Shown one piece after another: positions 49,308-64,000 of a DNA stretch of 64,000 bases. Origin of the DNA: Diplonema japonicum (Eukaryota; Protista; Euglenozoa: Diplonemea); NCBI GenBank assembly GCA_964019335.1, contig OZ025672.1, forward strand, positions 613,204-677,203, written 5' to 3'. The translations under genes and the position numbers were made by a program. The notes under the pieces are model-generated. The model worked only from the letters and a program-made list of their open reading frames with translations. It ran no database searches and was not told where the DNA came from. The first letter of the stretch is position 1. Every line of letters starts with the position of its first letter.

Positions 49308-50948
49308 ATGGCAGCCCGCCTTACCTCCGATCAGGCGTTCGACGGATGCTCTGTGACGTCAACAACCGGGGGCAGCATGGGGTACACAGACACGACGGAC
49401 ATGGGGAGCGAGCCATACTGCAGGAACGAAAACTCGAACAGGCAGGCCCTCCAGGGAGCGGCGGCAGTACCTGGGACCGGACCCGGTGCCACTACCTCTG
49501 CCTCCACGATGTCGCACTGCGCGGGATACGCGACGGTGCTCGTCAACGGGGTGCAGCTCATCAGGTGCCCTATCCCGGAGGTCGGACAACTCTCAACAAC
49601 GGAGGTTGAAGCAGAGGACGTGAACATCTCGGGAGAGGTCGGGGGAATGGGGCTCGACATCCTCTTCATGGCAGCACAGGGGTCGGCGGCGGAGGGCCAC
49701 GAGTGGAAGGCGACGCTTGTCGCGAAGGGCGATCCACTCCTCAGGAAGCAGCGACCGTCAATCTGCCCTGCAGCAGAGGAGCCGCAGGCCGTGCACAGAA
49801 TCAACATCGGGGCAGTGGCGCAGCCGGGGAGCAGCTCGCACGTCGGCTACTATCTCCAGGCCGTCCCGCACACCTTCGAGGTCGTGATCAGCCACCTCCC
49901 CGTGCAGCCGATGGCCCCCACGCCGGCAGAACATCAGCTCGTGAAGGAGGTGAGATCGGTGCTTGAGAACCCGAGGCTGAACAAGGAGGGAGGCTCTCTG
50001 AGCTCTGTCCTTCTCAACAACAAGGCGAAGGACAGCGTCTTGTACGAGAAGGTAGTCGGGCGCCTCTACGGCGGGTCATGGTCGGAGTTCCTGAAGGCGC
50101 ACGGTGGCGAGCTAGAGATCTTCTACTACAAGGAGACGGAGATCAAGCGGAAGGACCTTGCCCCCCACATCAAGCGCTGCGACGCGCGGGTCTTCCTCGC
50201 CGGGAAGCCCATGGCCGAGGTTCAGGAGGCGGACCGTGTGCGCTGCGACAGGCAGAGACAAGGCGAGGAAGAGTTCAAGAGCTTCCTCATCCGGGCCCTC
50301 GCCTCGGGGGAGGTCTCGCAAAAGGAGCTCCTCGCAGACCTGAAGACGTGCAAGGGCTTCACAGACTCCCTCTTCCCGACCTTCTCTCTCCTCATGCGCT
50401 TCCTCTCCCGCCACAGCGACACTTTCGTCTGGGCTTCTGACCCGGACCAGCCTACCAGGATCGGTCTCGCTTCTAAGGACAGGTACCCGCACCACGAGAC
50501 TCCCGATGTCTTCATCAAGGTGAACCAGGAGGACGGCGGCGACAACCCGTGCGGGAGCAAGAGGGGACCTCACCATCAGCATCAGCTGCAGTACCCCAGG
50601 CAGCAGCAACAACAACAACAACAACCACAACAACACCATCGCAGCGCACAGCTCCCCCCTCTTCCCCCTCGAAACGTGCACAGCAGCACGCAGCACCCTA
50701 GAAGCGAGCAGGCCATTCCAGAGGGAAGCAGCAGCAGCAGCTCCCTACAACCACCCTTCTACGATGAGCAGCAACAGCAGCAGCAAGGAACACCCCCGTA
50801 TCAGCAATATGCGGCCACGACCTACGAAAGCAGCACCGCGGCGACAGGCTGCTACCAAACCGCCTACCACCGCACGTGCTACCGCCATGATCCGTATCAG
50901 GAGGCAGGGTCCTTTGTCTACCTCCCTACCCCGCAGGTCGTGTCCTGA
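49308..50948 (+). CDS. same protein, copy 2
   Basis: Identical to copy 1. Confidence 0.7.
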   Translation: MAARLTSDQAFDGCSVTSTTGGSMGYTDTTDMGSEPYCRNENSNRQALQGAAAVPGTGPGATTSASTMSHCAGYATVLVNGVQLIRCPIPEVGQLSTTEVEAEDVNISGEVGGMGLDILFMAAQGSAAEGHEWKATLVAKGDPLLRKQRPSICPAAEEPQAVHRINIGAVAQPGSSSHVGYYLQAVPHTFEVVISHLPVQPMAPTPAEHQLVKEVRSVLENPRLNKEGGSLSSVLLNNKAKDSVLYEKVVGRLYGGSWSEFLKAHGGELEIFYYKETEIKRKDLAPHIKRCDARVFLAGKPMAEVQEADRVRCDRQRQGEEEFKSFLIRALASGEVSQKELLADLKTCKGFTDSLFPTFSLLMRFLSRHSDTFVWASDPDQPTRIGLASKDRYPHHETPDVFIKVNQEDGGDNPCGSKRGPHHQHQLQYPRQQQQQQQQPQQHHRSAQLPPLPPRNVHSSTQHPRSEQAIPEGSSSSSSLQPPFYDEQQQQQQGTPPYQQYAATTYESSTAATGCYQTAYHRTCYRHDPYQEAGSFVYLPTPQVVS

Positions 50949-52073
50949 AGAGGGAAAGGGCATAAGAAGGAGAGCGTGGATATGAACTGTGTGCAGAGGT
51001 GATGGTGTAGGTAAGTCCAGGCGCCGAGGGCAGCTCACCCCGAGTACTGAGAGACCCCGCGAAAGCAGATGCAGAAGGGTTGGGGAAGAGAGAGAGACAG
51101 TGTAGAAGAGAGACATCTAGCGAATTAGAGAAGCAGTGTGTATAAGCAGCGGAGGGGAAGAAGGAGGAAAGGAAAAAAGGGAAGAAGAAGAAGAGAGAGA
51201 AAATAAAAAAGAAATAAAAGAGATAAAGTAGAGTGTGCGCTAACTACTCCATCTAACCCGGCCCTTACCCGCTGAGCCTCCCCTCCCCTCCTGCGCTGTG
51301 CGTGTGTGAGAAGTAAAAGAAAGACGATAGCTCGTTGTTTCCCCACTTTTCTTCTTCTTCTTCTTTTTTATACTACATTCTCATCCTTCATACCCCCCCC
51401 CCCCCCCCTTCCCTAATGTGGCCGTCATCCTCTCCCCTCTCCCGTGTTCTCAGACCTTAACTATTGGTGGCTCGTGTTCTTGAACGAGTGTCCTGTACCC
51501 CCCATCCCCACCCCCTCATCATCAGAAGGGCTTGGCAGGTCGTCGACCTCGCCCTCCGGCAGCGTAGAAGATAAGAAGGAGGACGCCTGACATTCCTACA
51601 AGGAAATAGAAGAGGGAAGAAATAAGCTTAAGAAGGAGGAAGAGAGAGAGAGTAAAAAAAGAATTGGAGAAAGGAGAAGAGGAACGTGGCAAGGCGGAGG
51701 GCCCTTGCTGAAAGAAAAGAGAGCGATATACATATGTTTATATATATACATACCATACATACATATATCCCTCTGGAAAGAGAAAGACAAAGAGAGAGAA
51801 AGAGCTTAACACATCTCTTCCTTGAAGATTCGCGCCCCTGTAATATTATCTGTTGTTTCCCATCCCCACACACACCATTCTGTCTTTTGTCCTGTCACCT
51901 TTACCTTTACCTTCGTTTCTTTTTTTTATCCTTTCGATTGGCCTGTCTTTAACTTCTCGTCTATCCCTTATTATAATCTTCTTATTCCCCCCCCTTTGGC
52001 CTTACGACACGCGCACACACGCACACTCAGGAGAAAAAGAAAAAAAGAAGAAAATCGCGACGCCTACCTACAC

Positions 52074-53387
52074 ATGCACGGACTCTTTGCATGCGCACTC
52101 CTCAACGGGTCAGAGGTACTGAGATGCCCTCTTAGAGGAGAAGCTGAAATCAGAAAAGAAAGGGGAAAGGAGGAGAGGGAGGCCTCAGGCGAGACAGTGT
52201 GCCTAGCGCCAGAGGCGGTGGTTCTAGACGGAGATGGAGACGGTGGGTCGGAGCTGCACGTTGTGTTCTTCTCGCCGAACGTTGTGCCACGGAAAGGGCT
52301 GAGGTGGGAGGGGAGACTCGTGTTAGATGGGGGCAGGGCGTCGGTCTCCCTTGGGGCCATCACCACCAGGCGCGAGAAGCAGGTAGTAGAAGCGTCAGTC
52401 GACTTCGTGCCGAACACCGCGGTGCTGCACGTGCGGGAGGCCGTGATCGACCTGGGTCCCGACCTCGCAGCGGACGGCCCAGAGGCGGTGCTCATCAACA
52501 GAGCAGTCTCCGTGATGGAAGACTCAGACGTGAACCCGAGGTGCGGATCTCTTCCCGTGTCGGTGGTGGAGAACGCCCTCAGAGAAGGGGGTTGCAAAAG
52601 GGGGAAAGAAGACGAAGAAGAAGAAGAAGAAGGGAGAGGTGGTCGGAGGTCAAAGGAAGACATCGTATTTAAAGAAGTGGTGGGTGGCCTGTATGGAGGG
52701 GACGTAGAGGCCTTCCTCGGGAAGCACAGCAGCTCCTTCACCCTGTTCCGGTACACGAGTTCGGAGATCAAAGGGCGCGGGATGTGCGACTATGTGAACC
52801 CTGGGGAAACACGCGTGGTGCTGAAAAAGGGAAAGCGTGTGCAGTTCTACGACTCGGAGGACGAGGAGCAGACTCTGACCTTCATGAAGCAGATCCTCTC
52901 AGAGGGCGACCTCACCAGCGACGAGCTCCTCTCCGCCGTCCACACAGCAGGGAAGGGCCTCGCCATCTCTCCTGCCTTCTCGCAACTCATGCGCTTCCTC
53001 AGCAGGAACAAGCATGTCTTCTCCTGGTCTACCGACCCGAGCCAGGTCACAATGGTAGGCCTTGCCTCTTCTTCTTCTTCTTCTTCTTCCTCCTCCTCTT
53101 CTTCTTCCCCTCCTTCCTCCTCCTCTCTCCCTTCTTCTGCGAAGAAGGGAAGGAGCAACAACCACCAAAGCTGCCAGTACCGCCATCAGGGCTACCACCA
53201 GCAACAGCAGTACCACCACCACCACCACCACCAACAGCAGCAGCCTTATTACCATGCAGGCAGCGACCACCCCAGCAGCCATAGGGCCCCCGCCCCCTCC
53301 TGGACATATTACTGCGACCAAACCATAGGGCCCGCTGTGATCCATCCGTGCGACACCCTCTTGCCAGAGCACAGCGACTGTGCCTAA
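52074..53387 (+). CDS. same paralog, copy 2
   Basis: Identical to copy 1. Confidence 0.7.
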   Translation: MHGLFACALLNGSEVLRCPLRGEAEIRKERGKEEREASGETVCLAPEAVVLDGDGDGGSELHVVFFSPNVVPRKGLRWEGRLVLDGGRASVSLGAITTRREKQVVEASVDFVPNTAVLHVREAVIDLGPDLAADGPEAVLINRAVSVMEDSDVNPRCGSLPVSVVENALREGGCKRGKEDEEEEEEGRGGRRSKEDIVFKEVVGGLYGGDVEAFLGKHSSSFTLFRYTSSEIKGRGMCDYVNPGETRVVLKKGKRVQFYDSEDEEQTLTFMKQILSEGDLTSDELLSAVHTAGKGLAISPAFSQLMRFLSRNKHVFSWSTDPSQVTMVGLASSSSSSSSSSSSSSPPSSSSLPSSAKKGRSNNHQSCQYRHQGYHQQQQYHHHHHHQQQQPYYHAGSDHPSSHRAPAPSWTYYCDQTIGPAVIHPCDTLLPEHSDCA

Positions 53388-56300
53388 GAGAAGAAGAAGA
53401 GGCAAAAGGGAAGGGGAAGCGAAGAAGAAGAAAGAAAAAGAGAAAAAAAAGAAAAAGAATAAAAAAAGAAAAAGAAAGAAACAAGAAAGTAAAAGTGGGA
53501 GCAAGGCCCACACCTATTCCGAAGGATGCTCTTTTCTGTTCCTATTCTTACCTCCGGTCTGCTCAGCCGTTCTGTTCCCTGTGCTATTATCATCCGTCCT
53601 CCCACCTTGCCACCTTAGACCCTCTTTCTAACCCTTCCTACCTTCTCTTTTATCCTTCATACTACTTTCCTCCTATCAGCCCAAGCTTGCCTCCTTTTAC
53701 CTTTTCCTTTTTCATCCTCTTCTTCCTTCATCTGCAGGCGTAAAGCACGACACAGGACAACATGAAGAAGATAATGCAGGAACTACGTCGTGCGACACCC
53801 CTATCTGCGGTGCACCTCCCCCTCGCATCTTCAGTGCCTCAGTGGACGATGGAAGGGCAAGGGAAAAGACGTTCTACTCAAAACTGGGGACCTTGCAGCG
53901 GATGCCCCACGTTTGCGCCTTCCCGTCGCACCCAAGGAACAGCACAGAGCACACTCCTCACCCTCATCATGGTCTCAAGGGTTGTGCTCCTCGTATCACG
54001 GATGTCGCAGAGGCGAGTGGTGTTGATATGTGAGGGGACATGCGGGCGGGGTCCACCACCCTGGAAGCAAGTATCGGGAGGTGGCAGAAGATCTCAAGAA
54101 CAAGGCGCCGCTATGGTCAGAGTGGAGGTGGCCCCAGAAGGCCTGGAATCTGAAGCGGGAGCCCCCCCCCCCCCCCCCCCCTGCCTCTCTCGAGGGAGGG
54201 ACCTCGTCCCTTAGCAGATATAGTCTGTGTCATCTGGCGTACGGACACATCACAGCTGGGCATTCCTCAATGCTTTGATGTCGGCAAGGAGAGAGAAAGG
54301 CAGACGCTGCCACACCCGCTGGATAGTGGCACCTCCCGTAAAGAGCATCGTGACAAGAGACCCGCAGACTGGGCTCGCACAGCGAAGTGGGATGTACGTG
54401 TATTCGAGGCTAGGATACTGGTGCCAACCATGCATCTGTCAAGATCCGCGCACGCGAAAGGCGGAGTCCTCTTCGGCCGCACGTGCAAAAGGAAGCCTGA
54501 AATGGACGGGCGCGAACCCATGGAACAGAAAGAACCTCCAGTGCTGGGGAAGGGCTTGCGGGGGGGGCCGCCGCCCCTCGCCCACACCCGCTGGCATGGT
54601 CCTGGGCTGGGATCTATCCCCGAGTAGCCAGTTTGGTTCCTTAGCCTTCAAGAACAAGGCCTCCGGGAAGCGTGAAGGACCTGTGGCTCTTTACAGTTGT
54701 CGGGCACACCCAGGGCCACGGCCGATACAGATCACAAGCACCTTTGGCATGGCATCAGGGGGGGGGGGGGGGGGGGGGGGGGGCTCCTACCAAAGGGCTC
54801 ATAGCATCGGTCAGACTGTTGTCCCAAAGGGTGCTGCGTAAGAAGGTAACGGTCTTAACACGGAAGGTCTCCAGGAAAGGTCTCGGGCAATGGTCACCGG
54901 GCATGTGTGGTCGGGACGCGCCCAAGGGAGCGCAAGGCCTCTCTTGCGACCTATTGGCATGAAGCTTTTGGGTCTCGCCTGCAGTGCTGGGGGCAAGGGC
55001 AGGCATCGTTCAAGATGGAAGCCCAACCAAAAAGATCAGTCATTGGGATTTGACAAGGCTGATCCTCTTGTCAGATTCTACTCCAACAAACGCAGTTCCA
55101 CAGCCAGTGAGAAGGAGCTGCTGACAAACGTTGGAAGACCTGTAGGGCGCCCCCCTATCCCGACGACGAGGAAAACATCTGATAAGGGACCTGGATCGGG
55201 TGTAAAGGTGTTTGTATGACGCCTGGTGCGCCTAAAACGCCCCTCCCATCCAACGCGCAAAACCCCTTGCCCCGTTGCCTGCAGCTGCAAGGGAGCTGTT
55301 CGCACAGCCGTACGACATGCGTACGTACGCCGTATGCGCTCCTCCAGATTTCACTGCGCACGCGTACGCCGACAACGTAGGCCTAGCCGGGGAGGGGGGA
55401 GACCAAGAGGGAGTGAAGAACCACAGGACTAGCAGAAAAAGGGGGCGAGCAAGCCCTGCCGTGCGAAAGAGCATGCGAGAATGCTGAAATTCCGAGAAGG
55501 AGATCCTTGCGCGAGAATGCGAATGGGGTTTGTAAGGTCCGCTGCCGACCAAGAAGCACTGTGAGAGTGTGAAGCGGAAGAAAAACAAAGCGGAGGACCA
55601 GCAGAAGCCGGGGCAGCCAGTCAATTGAGGTAATCGTATCACTCAGAAAGCAAATCAGTGCATATGAAGGACAAATGCGAAGCATGAAGCGGCGTCACCT
55701 TCGCGATGCGGTGCAAGGTCAGCAAATCTGTTCTACCCGGCCAGGAGTGGGGGGCACAGATTAGCGCCTCTTCCGCCTGTTAATAAATGCTTGATGAATG
55801 AAAAAGAAGGCGGCAGTGCAGGTTTCAGTGACGAAGGCGCTGTGCTGTCCCCCTCCTCCCACTGAAAGGCAAGCCTGGTTTTCCATAAGACCACCCACCC
55901 AACTAACACTTGGTCCGTGAGTGTCATATGCCAAATAGCAGCACACTGGGGAGGCCTTTCTTCTTCTTCTGCCTCAGGGACATGAGAGGTAGTGTGGGGG
56001 GAGGAGGGGAGGAAGGTGACCTCCACCTCGACCCCTTCGAAGGCTGGCTTGCAGTTGCGGCTTCGCTACGACCCCCGTTCTTCGCTCCACACCTCGCTTC
56101 TCCCGCGCTCGCCCCTCTCTTCCCCGTTAGCCGAGGGACCATGTTCCCTCCAGTAGATGACTTCGACATTTCCTTTCCCTGGGTTAAGGTATGCTTGGCT
56201 TGCAGGTGAAGAGAATAGATACGATAAGATACCCCGAGACCCTCTTTTTCACCTTCCTTTATCCTTATCTTACTCTCTCTCCTCTTTTCCTTTTTGTACA

Positions 56301-56556
56301 CTGTCTCCTTTTCTTCTCCTTTCTTGCTGGAGAAAAATAAAAGGGGGAAAAAAAAAAAAAAAAGAAAAAAAAGAAAAAAAGAAGAAGAAAAATGTATTAT
56401 CAGGGAGGGGATTACTTTTGCCCCCCTATAAAGAGCCTTCTCACAGCGGCCTGGAAAGAAAAGGGGTAAGGGAAAGAAGAAAAGGGTGTTCCTCTTCTTT
56501 GGGGTGGGGGGGGGGGGGCTGTGGCTAGAGGGGAAGAATACCCACCCGACATCGCT

Positions 56557-57174
<618 letters not shown>

Positions 57175-58598
57175 TTATTGGGTAGAGGTAGAGGGAGAAG
57201 AAAAAGAACAAAAATAAAAGAAAGAGAGAATAAAAAGAAACAGTGAAGAGGGAAGGTCACCACGTGCACCCCCGCCGCTGTTCTTCGCGTTGTGTCCTTT
57301 TCGGGAGAAGAGAAGAGAAGAGAAGAGAAGAGAGGAGAAAGAGAAAGAGAAAGAGAAAGAGAAAGAGAACCGGTTCAGGGCTATGTTTCCATGCATTTTT
57401 TGAAAAAAAGGGAAACGGAAACGGAAACGGAAACGTTTCCCTATTTTGGGGCCGTTTCCTTGGGGCAAACATGGCCGTTTCCATAAGAATCTTGAAAACA
57501 CGGAAACGGAAACGTTTCCACGTTTCCTGTCAGCATAGGTTCAGGGGAGGGGAAGCAGCACCGTTTTCTGCCCCACCCCTCCTCATAGTTCTTATCTCCT
57601 TTTCATCGCAACAAGGATGATTGCCTACTCAAAAAAGCACTTTGTTTGCCCAGAGGCAGCGCCGCTCTTTCTCCTCTCTCACTCGTGTTGGGTTGGTAAT
57701 CCCTTTAAATAAAGGAGTGGGTAAAAAGAAAAGATTATGAGGAGGGGATTGGGTGAAGCAGGGGGACATTGTCCTGAACCCCCGCGGGGCTCCTCTCGGC
57801 CCCCCCGCGGGGACGCCGCCCCCCCCGTACCACAGAGCGTCCCGGCCACACACCTAAGAATATGCCCGGAACTGGTTTTTGCCCTCTTGCCTTTTTCTTT
57901 TTCTGGGCTTTTTATCCCACCCCATCTACCCCCCCCCCCCCCCCCCTCTCCTCTTTTGTTTAAGGAGAGAGCGGTGTGAGCGATTTAAGAAGGTGGTGTG
58001 TGCTTTCTCTGGGTGACTGCACGCCCTCACAGTTCTCCATATGTGTGCCTACACTCACACCACCACCTGCATGAACGTGGAACCTTTGGTTACCCGGGGG
58101 GAGAGACTGAGTTTCACACCGCACACATTGAGGACACGACGTGGAACGCAGCGGAAAGAAACTACAGCTTGGACGAGGTGGCGCCCCCCTGGTAATCAAG
58201 TAGATAGCAGTATTAGTTCATTTGCTTCGTTGCACACCTAGTGTCGCAGTCAAAGCCCGATTCCCCCTCTTTCTTCCGACCCCTCCTCCCTTCTCCACCA
58301 CTCTCTCTCCCGGGCGAAACACCAGAGAGACGAAAAGAAGATCTCTCTCTAGGAGAGCCTGCAGCTTTGCTGTTGCTGCTTCTGCGCAATTCGGCAATCC
58401 GCGCGGGCTCGTCTCGGTGCGGTGGGAGGTTGGGAGGGCTAGGAGTCCGAAGGAAAAGACTGGCTGCTGGCTCTGGCTCTAGCCCTCTTCTCAGAGACGG
58501 CTTCTTCTATCATTCTTATTTCAACAGTGAGCACCCCCCCGTACACACTGAGGTTTTATCGAGCTTATTTATAGTTATCTCCCTTTTCTGTTCGAAAG

Positions 58599-58631
<33 letters not shown>

Positions 58632-58691
58632 ACCAAAGCCAGAACCCTCCATCCTCTTTTAAAAAAAAGAAAAAAGAAAAAAAAGAAGAAA

Positions 58692-59858
58692 ATGGCCGAC
58701 GAAGACGCTCAGGCAATTGTGTGCGACAACGGATCCGGAATGGTGAAGGCAGGGTTCGCTGGGGACGACGCCCCCAGGTCTGTCTTCCCCTCCATCGTGG
58801 GGAGGCCGAAGACGGCGGCTGCGATGATGGGCACAGCTAAAAAGGAGGCGTACATCGGCGACGATGCCCAGTCGAAGAGGGGGATCCTCCTCATCAAGTA
58901 CCCCATCGAGCACGGGATCATCACCAACTGGGACGACATGGAAAAGATCTGGCACCACACCTTCTTCAACGAGCTCCGCGTGGCCCCCGAGGACCACCCC
59001 GTCCTCCTCACGGAGGCTCCCATGAACCCGAAGGCGAACAGGGAGAAGATGACCCAGATCATGTTCGAGACCTTCAACAGCCCTGCCATGTACGTCGGCA
59101 TCCAGGCTGTGCTCTCCCTCTACTCGAGTGGCCGCACCACCGGTATCGTTCTCGACTCTGGGGACGGTGTGACCCACACGGTCCCTATCTACGAGGGGTA
59201 CTCCCTCCCCCACGCCGTTCTCCGTATCGACATGGCAGGCAGAGACATGACGGATTGGATGATCAAGCTCCTCACAGAGAGGGGAAACAGCTTCGTCACC
59301 TCCGCCGAGAGGGAGATCGTCCGTGACATCAAGGAGAAGCTCGCCTACGTCGCTCTGGTATGACCAACCCTGGTATTCTCAAAACACAAACAGGACTTCG
59401 ACGAGGAGATGTCCCTCGCCTCCTCCTCCTCTTCCCTGGAGAAGGACTACGAGCTCCCCGACGGACAGGTCATCACCGTTGGGTCCGAGAGGTTCAGGTG
59501 CCCCGAGGCCCTGTTCAAGCCCGCCTTCATCGGTCTCGAGGCGAACGGGATCCACGAGACAGTGTACAACAGCATCATGAAGTGCGATATCGATGTGAGG
59601 AAAGACCTCTACGCCAACATCGTGCTCTCGGGAGGCACCACCATGTACGAGGGCCTCGCCGACCGTCTGTCAAAGGAGGTGACCAACCTCGCCCCCAACA
59701 GCATGAAGATCAAGGTTGTTGCGCCCCCCGAGAGGAAGTACTCTGTTTGGATCGGTGGATCTATCCTCTCATCCCTCTCCACCTTCGCTTCCATGTGGGT
59801 CAAGAAGGAGGAGTACGACGAGAGCGGTCCTGGGATCGTCCACAAGAAGTGTTTCTAG
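58692..59858 (+). CDS. ACT: actin, copy 3
   Basis: Identical translation. Confidence 0.98.
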
Positions 59859-60467
59859 AGGACCTACTCTACCCCTTTTTTTTTTATCTTACCCTTTTCA
59901 CCTTGTCTCTTCTTTCGATTCTTCTGGGGGTGGGGTGGGGTGGGGTGGGGCGGGGCGCTTTACTTTGTTCTGTTCCTTATACAAATACTTTCCTTTTTTT
60001 TCTTTTCTCCTTCTTCTTTATTTCACCTCGTTCTTTCTTTTACATCTTCTTATTTCTCTTTTCATACCTCTTTTCATACCTCTTTTCTTTTTTCCTTTCC
60101 CTTGCCACAGTGTTCTTCTTCTACTCTGCCTTTCCTTTGACATGACGCCCCACGCAAACAAACACCGAAACACAGGTCCCTCCCTCTTTCAGAAGGAAAG
60201 AAGAGATGAATGCGCGGGCCCTCCCTGCTGCGCTAGCCGCGGCCATTATCCCCACCTCTGTGATAATATACTTGTTGGACACAGCAACAGAGAAAGAAGA
60301 GAAGGAAAGAAAGACCACTTCAACTGAACGAACCTTGGGTTAGGGGGCGGAGGAGGAAAGGCGGGACCCGCAAGCCCGGGGGAGACAAGGAGGGGTAAAG
60401 ACAGGGGGGGGAGGGGGATGAACACTCGGACAGTGAAGACACCCTATTATCCTTGCGCCTTTCTTGT

Positions 60468-61019
60468 CTATGATCTTCTCTTCTTCCTTAGTGAGTTGGC
60501 GAGCCAGTCGAGCCCCTCGTAGAGCCCCTCACCCGTGGCTGCACAAGCCCCTTGGATGTACCACTCCCTTCCCCTCAGGGAGTGAAGCCCTAGCTTGTCC
60601 GTGATCTCTGCTGTGGTCATGGCGTTGGGGAGGTCCTGCTTGTTGGCGAAGACGAGGAGGTGTGCGTCGTTGAGGTCCTCGTCGGAGGTGAGCTTCCGCA
60701 GCTCCTCCGCTGCGATCTTTATTCTGTCCTTGTCGTTGGAGTCGATGACGAAGATGATCCCGTCTGAACCAGAGAAGTAGTGCCTCCACAAGGGTCTGAG
60801 CTTGTCCTGACCGCCGATGTCCCACATCGTGAACTTCAGGTTCTTGTACTCCACTGTCTCCACGTTGAAGCCGATGGTCGGGATAGATGTCACGAGGTCC
60901 CCCAGCTTCAGCTTGTATAGAATGGTCGTCTTCCCAGAGGCATCGAGACCCACCATCAGCAGCTTCACATTCTGCGAGGGGAAGAGCGACGCAAACAGCT
61001 TTCCGATAGATGCACCCAT
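60468..61019 (-). CDS. ARF-family GTPase variant A
   Basis: Copy of 44290-44841. Confidence 0.95.
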   Translation of the reverse strand: MGASIGKLFASLFPSQNVKLLMVGLDASGKTTILYKLKLGDLVTSIPTIGFNVETVEYKNLKFTMWDIGGQDKLRPLWRHYFSGSDGIIFVIDSNDKDRIKIAAEELRKLTSDEDLNDAHLLVFANKQDLPNAMTTAEITDKLGLHSLRGREWYIQGACAATGEGLYEGLDWLANSLRKKRRS

Positions 61020-61194
61020 TTCTTGTTTTCTTTTTTGCTGGAGAAGACTTCTTCCCTTTGGTCGAAGAGAAAAGAAAAGAAAAGTAAAGAAGAATAACTA
61101 AGCAGATAGCGAGGTAATTCTCCGCCTGGGGGGAGGGGGGCTAGGATAGGATGTGGGAGAACACTAGGACCTACTCTCTTTTCGCCCTTCTTGT

Positions 61195-61746
61195 CTATGA
61201 TCTTCTCTTCTTCCTTAGTGAGTTGGCGAGCCAGTCGAGCCCCTCGTAGAGCCCCTCACCCGTGGCTGCACAAGCCCCTTGGATGTACCACTCCCTTCCT
61301 TTCAGGGAGTGAAGCCCTAGCTTGTCCGTGATCTCTGCTGTGGTCATGGCGTTGGGGAGGTCCTGCTTGTTGGCGAAGACGAGGAGGTGTGCGTCGTTGA
61401 GGTCCTCGTCGGAGGTGAGCTTCCTAAGCTCGTCTGCCGCGATTTTTATTCTGTCCTTGTCATTCGAGTCGATGACGAAGATGATCCCGTCTGAACCAGA
61501 GAAGTAGTGCCTCCACAAGGGTCTGAGCTTGTCTTGACCGCCGATGTCCCACATCGTGAACTTCAGGTTCTTGTACTCCACTGTCTCCACGTTGAAGCCG
61601 ATGGTCGGGATAGATGTCACGAGGTCCCCCAGCTTCAGCTTGTATAGAATGGTCGTCTTCCCAGAGGCATCGAGACCCACCATCAGCAGCTTCACATTCT
61701 GCGAGGGGAAGAGCGACGCAAACAGCTTTCCGACAGATGCACCCAT
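61195..61746 (-). CDS. ARF-family GTPase variant B
   Basis: Copy of 45017-45568. Confidence 0.95.
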   Translation of the reverse strand: MGASVGKLFASLFPSQNVKLLMVGLDASGKTTILYKLKLGDLVTSIPTIGFNVETVEYKNLKFTMWDIGGQDKLRPLWRHYFSGSDGIIFVIDSNDKDRIKIAADELRKLTSDEDLNDAHLLVFANKQDLPNAMTTAEITDKLGLHSLKGREWYIQGACAATGEGLYEGLDWLANSLRKKRRS

Positions 61747-61761
61747 TGATCTCTTGTTTTA

Positions 61762-62685
<924 letters not shown>

Positions 62686-62824
62686 TTATTGGGGGTGGGG
62701 TGGGGTCACGACAGAGAAATAATGAAAAGGCGACTCCCCAAGCGTGCCAGAAGAGAGAGAGCTATCGGATGCCGGCTTCCATGACCACCTTGTCTTGTTC
62801 GGGGTGGGGGGGAGGAGGGAGAGG

Positions 62825-62862
<38 letters not shown>

Positions 62863-62972
62863 AGTCCTCTCCTCCTTCCTTTCGTTTCCCTTTCTTTACT
62901 CTCCTCCCATCTCCTCACCCCTCCTCCCTCCCCCCTCCTGGATCACTCCTCCTTCTCCGGCCTCTCCTTTCC

Positions 62973-63571
<599 letters not shown>

Positions 63572-63733
63572 GGTTGCTCCTGCCGGAGAAGAGAGTGAGA
63601 GAAAAAAGGCGTAACAAGAAGTGTAGCTATCGGGTGTCGATTTCCACGTCCACCTGTCCGGATGAACCGACAACCCATTGTGAGATCTGACAGCGGCCGT
63701 GGTTATCATTTGGCACAGGTGGTTGTGACAATG

Positions 63734-64000
63734 CCCGCAAACCCGCAAACCCGCAAACCCGCAAACCCGCAAACCCGCAAACCCGCAAACCCGCAAACCC
63801 GCAAACCCGCAAACCCGCAAACCCGCAAACCCGCAAACCCGCAAACCCGCAAACCCGCAAACCCGCAAACCCGCAAACCCGCAAACCCGCAAACCCGCAA
63901 ACCCGCAAACCCGCAAACCCGCAAACCCGCAAACCCGCAAACCCGCAAACCCGCAAACCCGCAAACCCGCAAACCCGCAAACCCGCAAACCCGCAAACCC
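63734..64000. repeat. perfect (CCCGCAAA)n / (TTTGCGGG)n array, about 33 copies, telomere-like
   Basis: Uninterrupted 8-mer repeat to the end of the window. Confidence 0.95.

Overview
Eukaryotic nuclear DNA, most likely a euglenozoan and probably a diplonemid. The evidence is a Euglena-type calmodulin (..EVDQDGSG..), kinetoplastid-like CCCH and H(N/D)PY-motif proteins, same-strand gene clusters and tiny GT-AG cis-introns. Layout: (1) 1-6.7 kb, a minus-strand gene cluster (RP2/XRP2, B-box protein, Y14/RBM8A, glycosyltransferase, hypotheticals). (2) 6.8-12.6 kb, a gene-free, roughly palindromic cluster of hAT/MITE-like repeats with strong CpG->TpG/CpA decay, at a divergent strand switch. (3) 13.3-17.5 kb, a segment bounded by inverted repeats that carries a divergent eIF4E-like gene. 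(4) 18.95-23.13 kb, a nearly intact tyrosine-recombinase retrotransposon (gag-YR-RT/RH, VIPER-like order) with split direct repeats A..B-A-B, about 1 kb of double-open reading frames, a UUU_CGN +1 frameshift-like motif and a WIDN RT motif. (5) 23.15-63.7 kb, about 2.5 near-identical tandem copies of a 15.5/16.2-kb unit (calmodulin, actin, 2-3 ARF genes plus an ARF pseudogene, a CCCH protein and two paralogous winged-helix-like proteins). (6) The third copy is cut at a microhomology by a perfect (CCCGCAAA)n array, which is telomere-like but has the C-rich strand running towards the window end. All calls were made by eye; no database searches were run.
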